Notes: generated from the sequence alone by a model not told the origin. A stretch of DNA of 64,000 bases from Antedon mediterranea (GCF_964355755.1 NC_092670.1:13626795-13690794); one strand, 5' to 3'. Positions 1 to 14,469 are shown, counted from the first letter of the stretch. Made by a program: numbers and translations.

Positions 1-3000
1 GAATTCACAGAATAGTGCTATTTAGAAGTGAGTGTTTTGTTAGGCAAAACGTATTGTTGTCGAATTCTCCTTTCTTACGATGTTTACAAACCTCTTAGCA
101 AAACATAATTTCAATACTAAGTATTTCAGCACGTCCATGGTATTGTAAAGTAACTTAATCCAATAGAAGTTGAAATTTTTCAGCTATAATAACAAGCTCT
201 ACTGTGTCGTCATAATGAACTTATTGATCTTATCCAGACACTATTGGAGCTTTGATCAAATAATACTAGAAATGAAATTTAATAACAACTCGAGTAATTG
301 TATAAGTGCAAACAGTGAATTAATTGACTTTATTGTTAGTGTGTTTATTACACATACCGTAAATATGTTACAACCACTTCCTCAAATGTATGCACACGTA
401 ATAATTTTAGAAAATACTTCCGTAATAATGCTTGAAGATTTATTATAAAATGTTATATAATATTATTTAATACATAATTATCTATATTAATATTATTATT
501 GTTATACATAGTTTAAGGAAATATCATTGTATGGAAATACGCGTTAAAAGTAAATAAATCCTTATGGACTGAAAACAGTACAACCATTATGTATTTGAAA
601 CTTGGAGTTACATTTTGTAACAACCCTTTTATATTTAATTTCTATTAACATAAAAGAACATCACACTTTAATAATTTTATAGATTGAACAGGCGCTATAT
701 TTAAACTATTTTGTTTCAAGATACATTTTCTCTTTGATGGGACGGGACACAACTAGAACCTATGCAGCACTCATGTCAGAGTCACAGTCACAGATGAAGG
801 AATGATTGAAATTCTATTAATCAAAATATTTACTTATTTAATCAATACGTGGTCGACAACTATTTACATTATGTGTACTTAAATAATACAGTAAACACTT
901 CAACTTGGAGCAGTTGCTTATGTTGTAACAAGTTCTACCACTGCTAATCACATTTCAAATGTGTTTTATTCAAAACACGAACTTACTCATAAACATGAAC
1001 TCACTCATAAACATGAATCTATTCATAAAAAAAAACTTATTTATAAACACGATATTTAAAAAATTATAAAAACCACTTTATTCCATCAATTAAATTTTTC
1101 TTAAAATAAAAGTAACACGCTGGTAAACATCATTACAACACATTCTAAATAAATTTACATTTTAAAATTGCTTCTTCTGAAGTTTTTCAAGGTATAGCTT
1201 AGTTTATTGAAAATCATAACAAAGCATCAAACACAGAGATAGCCCTATACAGTAGATTGAAAGATTGGTTTCCGAAGATTTATCTTGGCAATTATCATTG
1301 GGTGCCAGCGACCCCTTTTATGAATGGATGACATACCCGACGTCATATTAATTGATTACATTATCAGTAATGTTATGTAGTTCAGGTTTGATAATATGAA
1401 TGAGACTTCGTTTGGTTTTAGAAAAATAAAATCCCACTTTAGCATGGCGCCAATCATACAAATGATTAAATACATAAAGAAATAAATAAAAACATTTTGG
1501 TTCTATCACGACACCAGGCCTGAATTAAATACAAAATTCAATTACATAATGATATACACGACAGTTCATGCACAACATTATTGCCAGTGGCATATTTTTT
1601 ACCACACTGAACTACATAATGGCAAAGGTCATATTTTAGTAGTTGATAAAATGCTTAATATATATCTCTTAAAACGACAAATAAATCATAACATTGCAAG
1701 ATAATTAAGCCTTGTTATTCATATTATGCAGTTTGATTGATAAATCTCAATAATAATTTGCTCTATAATTATTCTAATTATAGAGATGAAGAGCACTATC
1801 AAATCCTATTATTTTCTCATAAATTAAACATAGCTACAACCAGTTTAGTACTAACTAGCCGATTATCGGTGCTGTATCTACAATTTACTTTGATTGTTTC
1901 CGCCAAACATACACATTTTAAGCAATGATACTTGGATAGAATTAGTAACCTTCCTCAAATTATACAAACGTCATAAAAAAATCGGTAACCTTTTCGAAAA
2001 ACATACACACTTCATCAAGAAACGATTTATACCTTGATGATCAAAATTATAAGAAATATATTGTCAAACATATACAACTTTATCAAGAATAAACCTTTTT
2101 GTACCTACATACAATTCGGAATCTTTTCGCCAAACACAATACACAATTTCATAAAGAATAAACTTTTAGTATGATAAAATTATCGACGTGTCTTGATGAA
2201 ATGTATGTTTTGAAGAACATTTCAGAATTTTATCCAAGTACTAAAATAGTCACACATTTAATCAAGTATACCAACATATCAAAATTACCCATGTATAAAA
2301 ACGTTTTGTTTTCATTTTTTGAAGTTTGTTAGACGGAAATATACCGAAATTAACAAATGACAATACCGTAAGGGGAATACTATTCTTGTTTTGTTGGCAG
2401 AGTTCATGTTAACCAATATTACCAAGACCGTATACATTTGGCAAAAATATTTCACCAACAATCAAACACGTAGGTTTACAGTGAACGGTAACAACGACAA
2501 GGCTACTAATCTAAACTTAGAGTGTAGTAATAATAGTTAGCAATGCTCTATCATTTATTCTATATATTATTATTGGCCAGAAAGCGGTTAAGAGTAAACA
2601 TCAACAGCAATAATAAAAAAAATCACAAGCAACATGCAATCAAATATTTAGATTAATAGCAAAAACAATACCAATAACAATAACACATAAAACATCATAA
2701 AAACACAATTTCTAACAGTAATGGGATTACTGTACTTTGAAAACTTTTCAGTCAACAATGTTTTTTTATAGTAACATATTCAATTTTTGAAAGAAAGTGA
2801 ATGTTTCATTCGACTATTTCATTTACTAATTTATTCTCTAAGGTTCATCTGGAATGGCTGCCCTTTTGGAATACCATTAAAGATGTATGGGGAAAATATC
2901 TTTAAACACTATCTCTTTCACAAGAGGCAATATTACGCAAACCCTGAAGATGTGCACTGCTGTTGACGCTGTGGTGTGTGTAAACTCCGGAGTTTTGATG

Positions 3001-3619
3001 GAGATAGATAATACATATGTGTATTTCTTTTTTTTTTGTAACATCAATCCAGAGAAATTTAAATCCACATTTTTGTGACAATTAAATTACTTTGAACTTT
3101 TATCTTTGATAAGGTATACGTGTGTAACATTTTAACTAACTTATGCAGACATCCTTCAAAGCAATAGTTACAAAAAAAAAAAGACCAGTCATGCGCAGTA
3201 ACCATTTTGTACATTAATTGACATAAAAATAGCATGAAATGCATTACTCTTAGCTTAGCGGTCTGATCGGTTCAATTCAACTTCAGTATATTATAACCTT
3301 TTACCACATGCTGTTAAAAAACGAATCAAAATATCCAAGTTATTGCGAAGTTGCTTGCGGCTATTATGAAGTTAATTTGCTGTTTTATTCCTAGAAGACT
3401 ATATCTATGAGCTATTAAGATGCTAAATGAATATTTTAAAGACCTTATTTCTATTTGAATGTCTACAAGTTTGCAGACCCAATCAAAAACAAAACTAAAC
3501 GTATCTGACAATTATTGTTTGAATCAAAGGACACTGAATCGCCACATTAACCTGCGGTACTGTGCATCGCAACCTGGTTAAATGAAAGGTAAATGCTAAA
3601 TCACCTTTTGAGTATAACT

Positions 3620-3830
3620 AGGCTATATCATTATGGACAAGTATGACTACAGGGCAAAGAGTTAAAAAAAATAATAAGACGAGTTTTCTACAGTTTGCTG
3701 GACACTGCAGAAGAAGAGTACTGTCCGAGCTGGTGACCTCGAGGCAAAGACAATGAATCAATTGGAAGGCCATCGCAACGTCTGTGTGGATCTGCTGCAA
3801 ATGGATAACAGTCCGTCGGAAGACGATACA
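3620..3830 (+). mobile_element. Degenerate RTE-X-like LINE, ORF2 C-terminal relic
   Basis: Broken translation gives LQFAGHCRR...GRP...VDLLQMD, resembling the C-terminal motif order of RTE-X ORF2 (RLxFAGHCxR...GRP..TY.D.L..D). Frameshifted. Confidence 0.45.
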
Positions 3831-3930
3831 TAGATAGAATACTTTACTACTGATTGTAAAAACAAAAATACTTTTACAATTTACATAACCTAGATTATTC
3901 TTTTTAATAAATGGTACGGTAGTCTTTCTC

Positions 3931-4094
3931 AAGCTTGATTCCCACTAGGACACAACGCAAGGACGTAAGACGCGCAACGCAGGCGAATTGACAAATCAAA
4001 AACGATAGATTATTCGAACTGTCACTTGTGATTGGTCAATTCCCTAGTACTGCGGCTTACGTCCTTGTGTTGCGTCCTAGTGGGAAACAAGCTT
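3931..4094. mobile_element. Palindromic MITE, family A (TIR AAGCTTGGTTCCCACTAG)
   Basis: Ends aagcttgattcccactagg...cctagtgggaaacaagctt with long inverted arms; many related copies in the window. Confidence 0.85.
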
Positions 4095-4103
4095 TGACGG
4101 ACT

Positions 4104-4212
4104 AAGCTATATACACACTTGTTCTGTTTTTTGAACGAGTACGGTGCCTTTCAATAAACACAATAATGAAGCTTCTTCCGTTCTATGAAACAGAACAAGT
4201 GTGAGTGGGTTT
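4104..4212. mobile_element. Small decayed MITE, family C
   Basis: Inverted arms acacttgttctgttt / aaacagaacaagtgt; a related right half lies at ~42340-42400 (cttccgttct...acaagtgtgaatgcagctt). Confidence 0.5.
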
Positions 4213-4347
4213 AACACATTTCAGACTTTCACCAGATCATTTACGGCATCAATTGATAGAAATTACGAATTTTGCTTAGACCTATTCTACACAAAACCGT
4301 TGTGTCAATATAAGTGCGAATACGAAGAGTTATAATATGTGGTCGGT

Positions 4348-4901
4348 CATTCCAGTGGATGTTCAGGGTGGTGCCTGACTACATACCCAACACCGAAGTC
4401 CTCTTAAAAGCTGGTGTAACCAGTATTGAGTCCATGTTGATGAAGATGCAGCTACGTTGGGCAGGACACATCTCCAGAATGGAGGACCACCGATTACCAA
4501 AATTAGTACTATACGGAGAACTATCTTCCGGCCATCGAAATATAGGAGCCCCAAAGAAAAGATTCAAAGACAACCAGAAGAAAAACCTAACTTCTGGTCA
4601 CATTAACCATAACCAATGGTCCACAATAGCCAAAAACCGTGTGGCCTAGCGGCACACCACCCACCAAGTGGTCAACTCCTTCGAAAACACACGCAGGATA
4701 GCCCTTGAAGAAAAAAGAAAAAGAGAAAAAACCGAAATGCTGAACCACAACCACAAGAGTTGCACCCGACATTCCTCTGCAGCCGGGACGGACATGCCTT
4801 TCTCGCATCGGACTTGTAAGCCACAAACGAGCCTGCAGACGCGGACAAACCCCTTCATAAAATCTTCGTTTGCCGCAGCAAAGCCAAGAAGAAGAAGAAG
4901 A
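4348..4901 (+). mobile_element. 5'-truncated RTE (BovB-like) LINE with 5' inversion, (GAA)n tail and 11-bp TSD
   Basis: Encodes DYIPNTEVL...QLRWAGHISRMEDHRLPKLVLYGEL..GAPKKRFKD (RTE ORF2 C-terminus). Tail aagccaagaagaagaagaagaa. TSD atgtggtcggt at 4337-4347 and 4902-4912. Confidence 0.92.
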
Positions 4902-5794
4902 ATGTGGTCGGTAATACATAATCATAAAGTCGATTATCTGTACCGATACTTTGTACAATATCATAAACAATTGTGATATTAGATTAGGCGTATGGCATAT
5001 GATACAAACGTCACATGTGACCCATATATGACAGGGTATCACATAATGAGCCTATGCTACTGAATAATAAGAAATAATGCGGAGCTGCAGTGGGCCATAG
5101 AGAAGAGCTATATCCATTACCCGAGTAGAGACAAGCATGTATCCGTTACGCTCTATTGCCTTTGGTGTTTCTGTACCGTGTAATTTAAACTTAAATCAAC
5201 TATCCCCTTTAAGTCAAACAACCTGTCAACTAAAAATAATGTCATTATTGATTATCACAATACATTACATTCACATTGTATATCTTATGTCAGTATTGCG
5301 CATCGTGTCCTAAAAAAGGTCATCGTTCGTAATATATGCATTAGTAACCAACTTGTAACAGATATGTTTATAATATAACCGGCATTTGTCAATTCAGCTT
5401 TCTAAAGTTGCAGAGAGTTAATAAGAACTATGGATTAGGCTCATACCAGATCCAGTTATTACAGCAACATTTACTGAATAAAAGGTAAACTGTATGACGA
5501 CAACGATGACCGAGACGACGATGCAGTTGACGATCGTAATACTTTATATAATCCAGTACGATCTGTCACCTCTTCATGTAAACTACTTTTTTTGCGGCGC
5601 AATTTGACTAACATACGCTAATTAGGTGGGCTTTTCAAAATAGAAGTGGGACATTATTTGTTAAATCACTTTCTTTTCACTTTTGTGATAAGATGAATTG
5701 TCATAAACTTGTGGATGTTGATAGAATTCTTCATTGTTGTTTGAGAATGTGACACAAAGTTATGTGTAGACCTTATCCGCACTGTCCAGATAGT

Positions 5795-6402
5795 TTAAAT
5801 GATTTCACGAACAATTCAAATGATTTCACAAACGGCATTTGTCATTTTAAATGATTTATCAAAAGTCCACGAATATTTCATAGTGATGTTTTACATGGCC
5901 CACGGACTGAAGAATATTCTTTAGTCCATGCACGGCCACAAGTATTTTAAATGATTTCTCACACGACCACCACATATCAATTATTAAATGGGTTTTCAAA
6001 CGGACATATATTTCAAACCATTTTTCACACGGCTACGCACATTTCAAATAATTGTTCACACGGCTATGGACATTTTAAAATGATTTCTCACAAGGAAATA
6101 AATTTTACACATTTAAACGATTTCTCTGGCGGCCACGAATATTTCAAATGAGTTTTCACACGGCCATTGACATTTCAAATGATTTCTCACACGGACACAG
6201 CAATATCAAATGACTTTTTACACGGCTACGGACATTTCAAAAGATTGTTCCCACGGCTATGAACATTTGAAATGATTTCTCACACGGCTTTGAACATTTC
6301 AGATGATTTCTCACACGGCTTCGGACATTTCAAATGACTTTTCACACGTTTACGGACTTTTTAAATGTTAATTCTCACGGCTACGGACATTTCAAATGAT
6401 TT
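5795..6402. repeat. Minisatellite, ~30-31 bp unit (cacggctacggacatttcaaatgatttctca)
   Basis: Roughly 18-20 diverged head-to-tail units with no unique spacers. Confidence 0.9.
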
Positions 6403-8886
6403 CGCTTACCTATATTGACACTGACCCAATTTTTAAATATTATATGATATTGACATTATAACATTTCAGCCGAGGATATTTATTACCGAACCATTTCAAA
6501 ACTACTTAAAGACACAAAGCTCATAAAAATCTTTCAGTATGAGATTACCTCGGGATACTTCACAGACGTCTAGTCTACATTTATTTTATATAATAAATAA
6601 CACGATATCATTGGTGATTAACATTTTATTATTTGCCATATATTTCATTCAAAATAATAAATCTATATTTCAATCATAAATATCATTGGTCAATCTACAG
6701 TTTTCGTAAATTAAATAAATACTATAATTATTAGTGTTTAATTTATTTTTTTTTTTCAATTCAGTTCGCATAATACCTAATGTTCATGTTAAATTGATGG
6801 CTAAACATTATTATAATATTGCAGTCGATTTTAATCGTTTTTTTTTTAGATTGAAATATAAAAAAAAGACAAAACGACGCCATGAATTACTAATAAATTC
6901 AGTATACCAACGAGTTTTCTTTTTATAAAACAATACACGGGAATCACTCTGCTGTATCTCCAAATATTGTACTTCAGTATTATAGCAACATTTTGCTCTG
7001 ATACTGTGCCACATGGATCATATATGCCGGCTACATTAAGGCCGCCATACTCTAACCCAACTTTAACATTTGAATTGCCTATAACATTGTGCAAAGTGTA
7101 TCCAGTACCAAGAATCGGCTAAAGTATAGTATTGTGTTACCTTTTAAATTGTGATTACAAAACAGGCTTATATAACGTAAAAACATTTTCACGAATGATA
7201 TAACAAATAAAATAATTAATAATTAAATTAGTTTGATCTTATTACAATAGATGGAAGACGACGTGTAATATTGTATAGTTTAGTTTGTCAAAAATTAATA
7301 ACTCGTTTAATAAATTATGTAATGATAAATCCAATGATAATACAAGTGGGATGATTCCACAGAAGACAAAATAGCTAAATTAACATATCCACATTTTTCT
7401 TCACACCTACACTAATATTTAAATCAACAAAACGAATTACTGTATTCATAATTATAATGATACATTTAAATTCAGCCGAAGCACGTTATTTGAAGAAAAC
7501 ATATTATACGGGATATTTTATAGTGGAAATTTCATACTACTAAAATATTGTGTAATAACATTAAAAACACATAAATACATAAAGTTGTCTGATTGAATGT
7601 TCTTTAGTTATTATATTTTGAAGTAAATTTTGAAATTGCTTTAGTTTTCAAATCATGTTTAATACATCTTGTGATTTCCAAACCCCCATTAAAACGATTT
7701 TCGTAATTTAATAGCTTAAACGACACATGATACGCGTTTATATTTCAATGGAGTATGTAAATTTCCCTAGTTGACGTGTATCAAGCATTAAAACGCATTT
7801 ATAATGCTAATTTCAGAAAGAAAATCAACTTCATTGGGACTCAGTTTATTATGTTTCTGTCGTGCAGAAAATAAGAAAGCGCCGGTTAATCTCGATCATA
7901 TCAACACAACGGTTAATGAAACTCCTCATGCCATTGTTCAATAGAAATACCGTGTACAGTATATCACTTGTGGATATCGAGAGAGTCTGTGTCAATGTTA
8001 GGGTCATAGTGTATGATACAGACGCCACATGCTAAAGGTGTACATCATTATATTATGGAGTTTGTCAATGATACTGAACACATTTTTATCGATACATACT
8101 AAAATAAAAAATAAACTAATCAGTCAACCAATCAAACCGTATATGAGGTAATAGGCCAACCATTTTTGTACATATAGGCTTTTGATAGTCAGTTTGACTC
8201 TATCTTAGTGACAGATGAAGAATCGGGTAAATATGCCAATATTCTTTCTTATTATCTAATCTACACGTAAGTTTACCGTATATCATATAGTATATACATT
8301 CTTAACTTACACGTTGTGCATATTTACCAGCCTATTATATCTCTTAGGAGGTGGTGAATGTCTGCTAGTAGCTCCTAAGACTAGAGCAACTGCTAAGCAG
8401 TTCCAACACTGTTGAATTCCCTACCAATTTCAACCAGACAGGGACTACCCAAAATTCGCGCAAGACCCATGGACGCAACGCAGTGACACATATAGACGCA
8501 ACTCAAGTGAGTTGACCAATCACAAGCGAGTTGAAATTTCCTTTCCAAACGTTGCTGTTCATTAATTTAAATTGTTGCCACTTCTCGTCTATTCTAATTT
8601 ATGTAATTGAGAGATTGCCTATATAAGAATAAACTATTATAATTAATATTACATAATAAAAAAAAAACCCAAATCGATCGATAATAAATAAATAAGAAAT
8701 CAATGACTAGTCCCTAAATATCCAACCGTCAGATCAGACAACTACCAGAAACATGAAGTCAACAAACATTCTTCTGTCAGACATCTAGATTAGTCAGTCA
8801 ATCAGAGTGAAGTAAATCATTTTAAAGAATGGACCATGGCGCTATTCACTGCTACGATAAGTAGGCCTACATTTTCCAGAATCTTA

Positions 8887-9600
8887 GGGCCTGTTCGTAG
8901 GGGTTGAAAATACCAGCTTATTCCCGATTTCCGTTCGCGTGATCCAATTAACTTTTGCCTCAGGCTACAAAAAATTCGAGGTAAAATGTTCACCAAATTT
9001 GCAGGTTATTTCAGCGATAATCCAATTATACTCGGCCTTCGAGGATAATAAATCTCCGATAGAGGCAATGTGTCAAATTTTGACAAACGTTCGCTGCCTA
9101 GGCCCGTCATTTCTCCTACGAAGCTCTTCCATACACGCTTCGAGAGCGATCGTCAGCTGGTGCTGTCCTTGTTGGTGTAGACCGCTTAGTAGGCCTAGCT
9201 GGTCGGGGAGCCGCTGGTCGGTGGTGTTTCCGTCGTGTAACATTGGGCTCAAATTCTTCGTCAATGAGTAAAATAATGGTCGTCAGGAGAAGGCATATTT
9301 CGGCAGGATTATCGGCGTTAAGAGGCATAAGGTTTGTCGCAAGGATAAGCAGTGTAAAAGGTAGCAAGTAATTGTTATTGTAAAGAAAGATCGCGAGTAA
9401 AAAATATACAACACGAAACTAGCGTGCGAAAATGGGGTCGTAGGTTGTAAAGACAACTGACCTTAAAACGTAATTTCCGGTTTGTGATTCGTCGATTAAG
9501 CATAAGCGGTTAAATATTTCAAGTACGAACAACGCTCAATTTATAACCCGAGGCATGGGTGAAATTAAGCGCTTATTTTAACCACCGTACGAACACGACC
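8887..9600. mobile_element. Non-autonomous PIF/Harbinger-like DNA transposon
   Basis: Imperfect TIRs gggcctgttcgtaggggttgaaaata / tattttaaccaccgtacgaacacgacc, flanked by TTA and ATA (3-bp TWA-like TSD). GC-richer interior with short minus-strand ORFs. Confidence 0.55.
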
Positions 9601-10943
9601 ATAGGTAAATTGTGTGACAAAAAAAAAAGTTGTTGACATGTGATTGATGTATCATAGACTCTAACCTTTTACCTATACTCTCCATGATGCACCACATGTG
9701 ATCATTGAGATGCTGTATTATATAATTTACCTAAACTACTATTAAATAATATTCATAAGGCATTGAAAATCGAGTTCAACAACTTCTTCCATTCCGATCC
9801 AGGAAGTGTGAAAGAAAATGTATAAACTTACAAAACATGTGATCAAGGAATGTTACAAAGCTTCCGAGCTGTAGCCTAAGCATTACAAATCAAGAGGTTG
9901 TCCGTTTCTTACCATTTTCTTCCCACCCATTGGTGAATTTCACATCACATGTCAACTCGGTCAATGATATGGTATTTGCTTAATCCACTTTATTCGCGTG
10001 CCATAGACAAAGTCTCAATAATAATAACACACAGTTGGTAGGGTTATTGAATCAATGTTGTTGATTTGTTACCACATACAAGAGGAGTAGGGACGTACAG
10101 AATCGATTAATTTCTTTCAAAGCACTAAAGATTAACTCTTACTAGACTAGAACAAATATACTTTGTCGTGATACAAGTAAGTGTTATTTGTTCAAACTTC
10201 AAAACTGAAGTGTTACCGTAGTCTGTTAAGAAAATTAATTGTTATTTTTTTTTCTACTTATACATACTATCAATTTCTCACTATTGTCAAGAATAAAAGT
10301 AATAACAAGCTAAGCCTTCATTCAATTTTCAATTCAATATCATTGCATTCATTCATTTAATTTAGATTGTGTTCATTGTCTCAAAATTCACTAATGGTAA
10401 CAATAATAACTATAAAAATAGATCTCTAAAATACAACACAAACATAAAAAAAAAGGTATCACAGAAACTTACAAGATATTTACTGTAGTAAAAAGGGTCT
10501 AAATTACGTTTAATGAATTAGGCCTAATTAGAGATTAGGTCAATATTTCTGTGCAAAACGACTTGCTGGAGCGTAAAGTGTTGCGTCCAGTGGCAGTGTC
10601 ACGATTCGTGGCAATAAATGTTTAAGGTTTTTCATGAAATTATTTTTAAAATGTGTAAGTGAATGACAACAAACATCATCATCATCATTATTTGTGTGTT
10701 ATTATACTTAAAGTTGTGTATTCTAAAAGAAAATACATAACATGATTACAATACTGTATTATCTTAAGGTTTCAGTTTATTGATTTCAATTGCGCACAGG
10801 CTAGAATAAAAAATAATGTGAAATTGTGTTTAGATCTACATATTTGCATATGTATATTAGGGGAGTAGAACTTTATGAGGTGGGGGGGGGGGGTGGGGTC
10901 GCTGAGGTTTGGCGTGTTGTTGTAGGTGAACATGAAATATAAA

Positions 10944-11090
10944 TTTTATTTTATTTATTTTATTTTATTCAATTTCCAGATAACATACACAAATCATAAA
11001 CAAGGTACGGCATCATTCAATAAAACAGAACAAAAGTACTATGAAAAAAAAGAAGTCGCAATTCGATTGCTTATGACAATATGGATCCAC
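10944..11090 (-). mobile_element. LINE 3'-UTR and tail fragment (L2/Crack-like)
   Basis: Minus strand shows an ataagc stem-loop-like motif, a U-rich stretch and an (AAAAT)n tail. Confidence 0.4.
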
Positions 11091-12629
11091 CACTGACCAA
11101 ATGTCTAAATTGGTTGTATAGTAGTTGAAGGGTAGGTTATACATTATAGTCACATCTGCTGAACACATCTACCGTGAAGTGAATACATTATTATGGATAT
11201 ATACATAAATAAATGATTTCTTTTAAAGTGCAATTGTGATTATTACAAAAACAGAAAAATGCCTCCGGAAATATCCTCACCGTGTTCACCTTTACCAATC
11301 TGAAGAATGGTTGAGAATGATTAGTTTTAAGTATAATTCCGAACTGTTCATTGCGCGTCTATGAATTTGACGTAATTATGCGTACACGTCTATGCCATTT
11401 TTTTTTATTCGCACGTCAATGGCTTTAATAAGACTATTTTATGCCTTATGTATAAAAATTCAAGTTCAGTATTTCTATTCTTAAATGTTGGTTGCCAGAG
11501 AGGTAACCTTTAAAAAATATAACAATTGTTCTTCAAGAACAATAAAATACAACAATAATGAACGTATGACGTCAGCGAATACACTAAAAGTTTGAAACGC
11601 CTATTAACACGAGGTTTACAATAATTAAAGTGTAAGTAACAATGGTGAGTATGAACTGTTAAAAACAATTAGTTTTCTAATCTGCAACATCTATTAATAT
11701 CCGTTTACGGATTCCAAATAGATAAATCTCATCACTTGTAAGCGGTAATTTATCAGCTATTGCTGACTTGAACAAGAAGCTAGAGATGGAAATAAAAAAA
11801 TGTTGAAACAGCATTAAAAGTCTATCTGTCAAAATATTCGATTAAAGTCCCATTCACAAAAACGTAAAAAAAGTTAAGCGATAGTGTTAAGTGATATTTC
11901 ATATTTATTTTAGTAGTAATTGTCTTTTGACGATTTGTTTTGCATGTGGAAAACAATATTCATTCGTTTTCGGTCGCACGAAGGTGACTCGCTAGACCTA
12001 AGCATGCAGAATGTGCCGTGACAAAGTTTCAGCGCTGGAGCACCGCTTGTGGCTGTCAACCTACCGCGTTGGCGTGAGTGGGTCGTAATTGACTGTAAGT
12101 GCTAAATGTACCATGAGTTGGAAGCAATTATACAACTAATAAATCAGTGTCGTGCATTCTGGATGAGCAAATCATTTAAACTTGTTTCACATTGTGAATT
12201 TTAAACTAAAACAAATAGTATCGTTTTGCAGAGAATGATACTTATTAATGTGTAATGTGTTATTCCCAATCTGCTAAATAACGTTTTAAATGACGCACGG
12301 TAAAGTAGGAATAATCAGACTTGTGCAGAAGAATCCTGACTAGAAGACTACAGTTCATCTAGAGATATTAACCTAGGCCTACCATTCATCAAATTTTTTT
12401 CAAAGAAAAGGCTGTTTTAATGTGAAGAAAAGAGTACGTTAAAACGATGTCTCTTGTACATCCTAGTTTCATGAACACAGCACCTACATTGGGTGAATCA
12501 ATAAAGAGTCTGTCTTCAGACTAGTTGATGAGAACATTTTTTTAATGAGAGGAATAAATCTCTTTTCGACAAGGTTTTTAATAGCATCAAGATAACCTAA
12601 AGAACATTGCTTTATATAAGTAGATAATA

Positions 12630-13117
12630 CACTGTGAAAATAGTGTTTAGATCTTAAACACCTATTTTGTACCCACTTTTTCCACACGTTTAGCTTTTAG
12701 ACACGAGTTACATGTTTAGTGTGTTTAAAAGCTAAACGTGTTTATAGCTACATGTTGTTTTCCTCCACTTGACTAATGTCAATATTATGTTCAATTACTC
12801 CACATGTTTAGCAGTCAAAATGTTTAGGTATGTGTTTAGCGTTGCGTGCATACTATTTTACTGTGGCGGAAAAAAGCTCCACACATGAGCTCCACACATG
12901 GCAAATTAAACACGTTTAAAACCTAAACTTGTCTTCATATTGCTCCACATGTTTAACAATCAATACGTCACTGATGTGTTGAGTTGGATACAGACTACAT
13001 GTTTAGAATGTGTTTAGAACCTAAACATGTTTCATATCTAAACATGTTTAAGGCTAAATGTGTGGAAAAAGTGGGTACAAAATACATGTTTAAGATCTAA
13101 ACACTATTTTTACAGTG
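12630..13117. mobile_element. MITE with long TIRs, CMC/EnSpm-like (CACTG...CAGTG, 2-bp TSD TA)
   Basis: TA|cactgtgaaaatagtgtttagatcttaaacac... and ...tgtttaagatctaaacactatttttacagtg|TA. More than 60 bp of inverted arms, with internal acatgttta repeats. Confidence 0.88.
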
Positions 13118-14278
13118 TAGTCACTGAGTTAGTTGCAGAAACATTAAACACAGCATGCACACTATTATACAATATAGAATTATCATTTTCAATTATGCAG
13201 TGTGATTCATTCATGTATTGTTTATTAGTGTTGACTTTGATGGATGTTTGATGCTCGCTTTGTCGTATGTACGCTTGTAGTAGTAGTCACAGCAGCAAGG
13301 TGCGATGGGTATTGTTTCTGATTGGTCAAAAGTTGATAAGTAATCGTCACCGGGTTGTTGAAAGTAACTACACTATAATTAATAAACCAAGCAGTTTTCC
13401 GCTATGAGGTTAGGGCATCGCGCCCCATGCAATGTCTTATCATAAATAATTCATTAGAATCATTATGACATAATATATCTGTTTTAAAATAATGTGACCC
13501 GGAAGCATTCAAAAGCAATTACGAACAAGAAGAGAGTCGGTAGAATTAGAGGGACAGGACAGATCAAACCTTGCACAAAACGATTCATGTGATGAATCAT
13601 GTTAATTAAAGTATGTTATATCATACTGATTGAGTACTGCGTGCACGCGCGCGTGTGTATGTGGCTATCAATACATGTGTTTACCTAGCTACAGAGGATG
13701 TGGAAGTATGCAGGGAATTAATGATTTAAATAAGTAGTTTTATAACTGACATGTTGTTGATTTGCCTGAGGCAAGAAACATCACCTACAAAATGCGAAGA
13801 TGACAGAAATTAATTAGTGTTCACAACTAAATTGCAAACTGTGTGCTGTATGACATAACACCCTGTCATACTATAAGCAAAATGAATGAAATATGACATG
13901 CAACGTTTCCATTAAACATTACGAGTATATTAAACTAATTGACACCCGTCTGATGCGTAAATGCACATCCTCTTTCGTCGATCTTGTACATTAAATAAAG
14001 TTTCTGTATTTACTGTACATGTCATTGTTGTTAAGATTATTATATTAATTACGGTATTTCTGACCAATGGTCAAGAAACTGTGTGTATAAATCAATGACA
14101 CTTTATTTTAAATTATGCGTATACTTTACTGCCACATCTATACTAACTTTTCAGCCTTTTTTATGTTGTTTGTGGTCAAATTCACAGTATACAACATCAC
14201 CACCCTGTACGTGAATGTAATTCTGTACCGGTATCTTACAGACTGGTGACAACGAACACATCCAGTTTGGTATATGGG

Positions 14279-14469
14279 CAGTGGCGTAACGACTATGAGA
14301 GCTCACTGGCTAAACCAAGGGCCCCCGGAGTTTATGGGGACCGTGACCAGTACCAAGAGGAACAAACAGGCATTGAAATATGTATACAGTTAAAAACGAG
14401 ACCTTCAGCGTTGAAGGGTCACTTAGGATTCCTAAACCAGGGGCATCACGTATCTGCGTAACGCCACTG
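14279..14469. mobile_element. hAT-like MITE (TIR CAGTGGCGTAAC), copy 1
   Basis: Ends cagtggcgtaac...gtaacgccactg; aligns along its length with the copy at 52804-52995. Confidence 0.8.

Noticed and set aside
2840-3010. Exon or CxC-transposase remnant (CGVC...FDGD)
   Set aside because: Needs stops and frameshifts, and the motif is too short to support a call.
5795-6402. CRISPR-like array of ~30-bp repeats
   Set aside because: Units are head-to-tail without unique spacers, there are no cas genes, and the context is eukaryotic. It is a minisatellite.
10877-10898. Poly-G tract as a functional G-quadruplex
   Set aside because: Simple homopolymer run with no supporting context.
12484-13251. Two ORFs both starting MWKKWVQN
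   Set aside because: Mirror images produced by the MITE's terminal inverted repeats.
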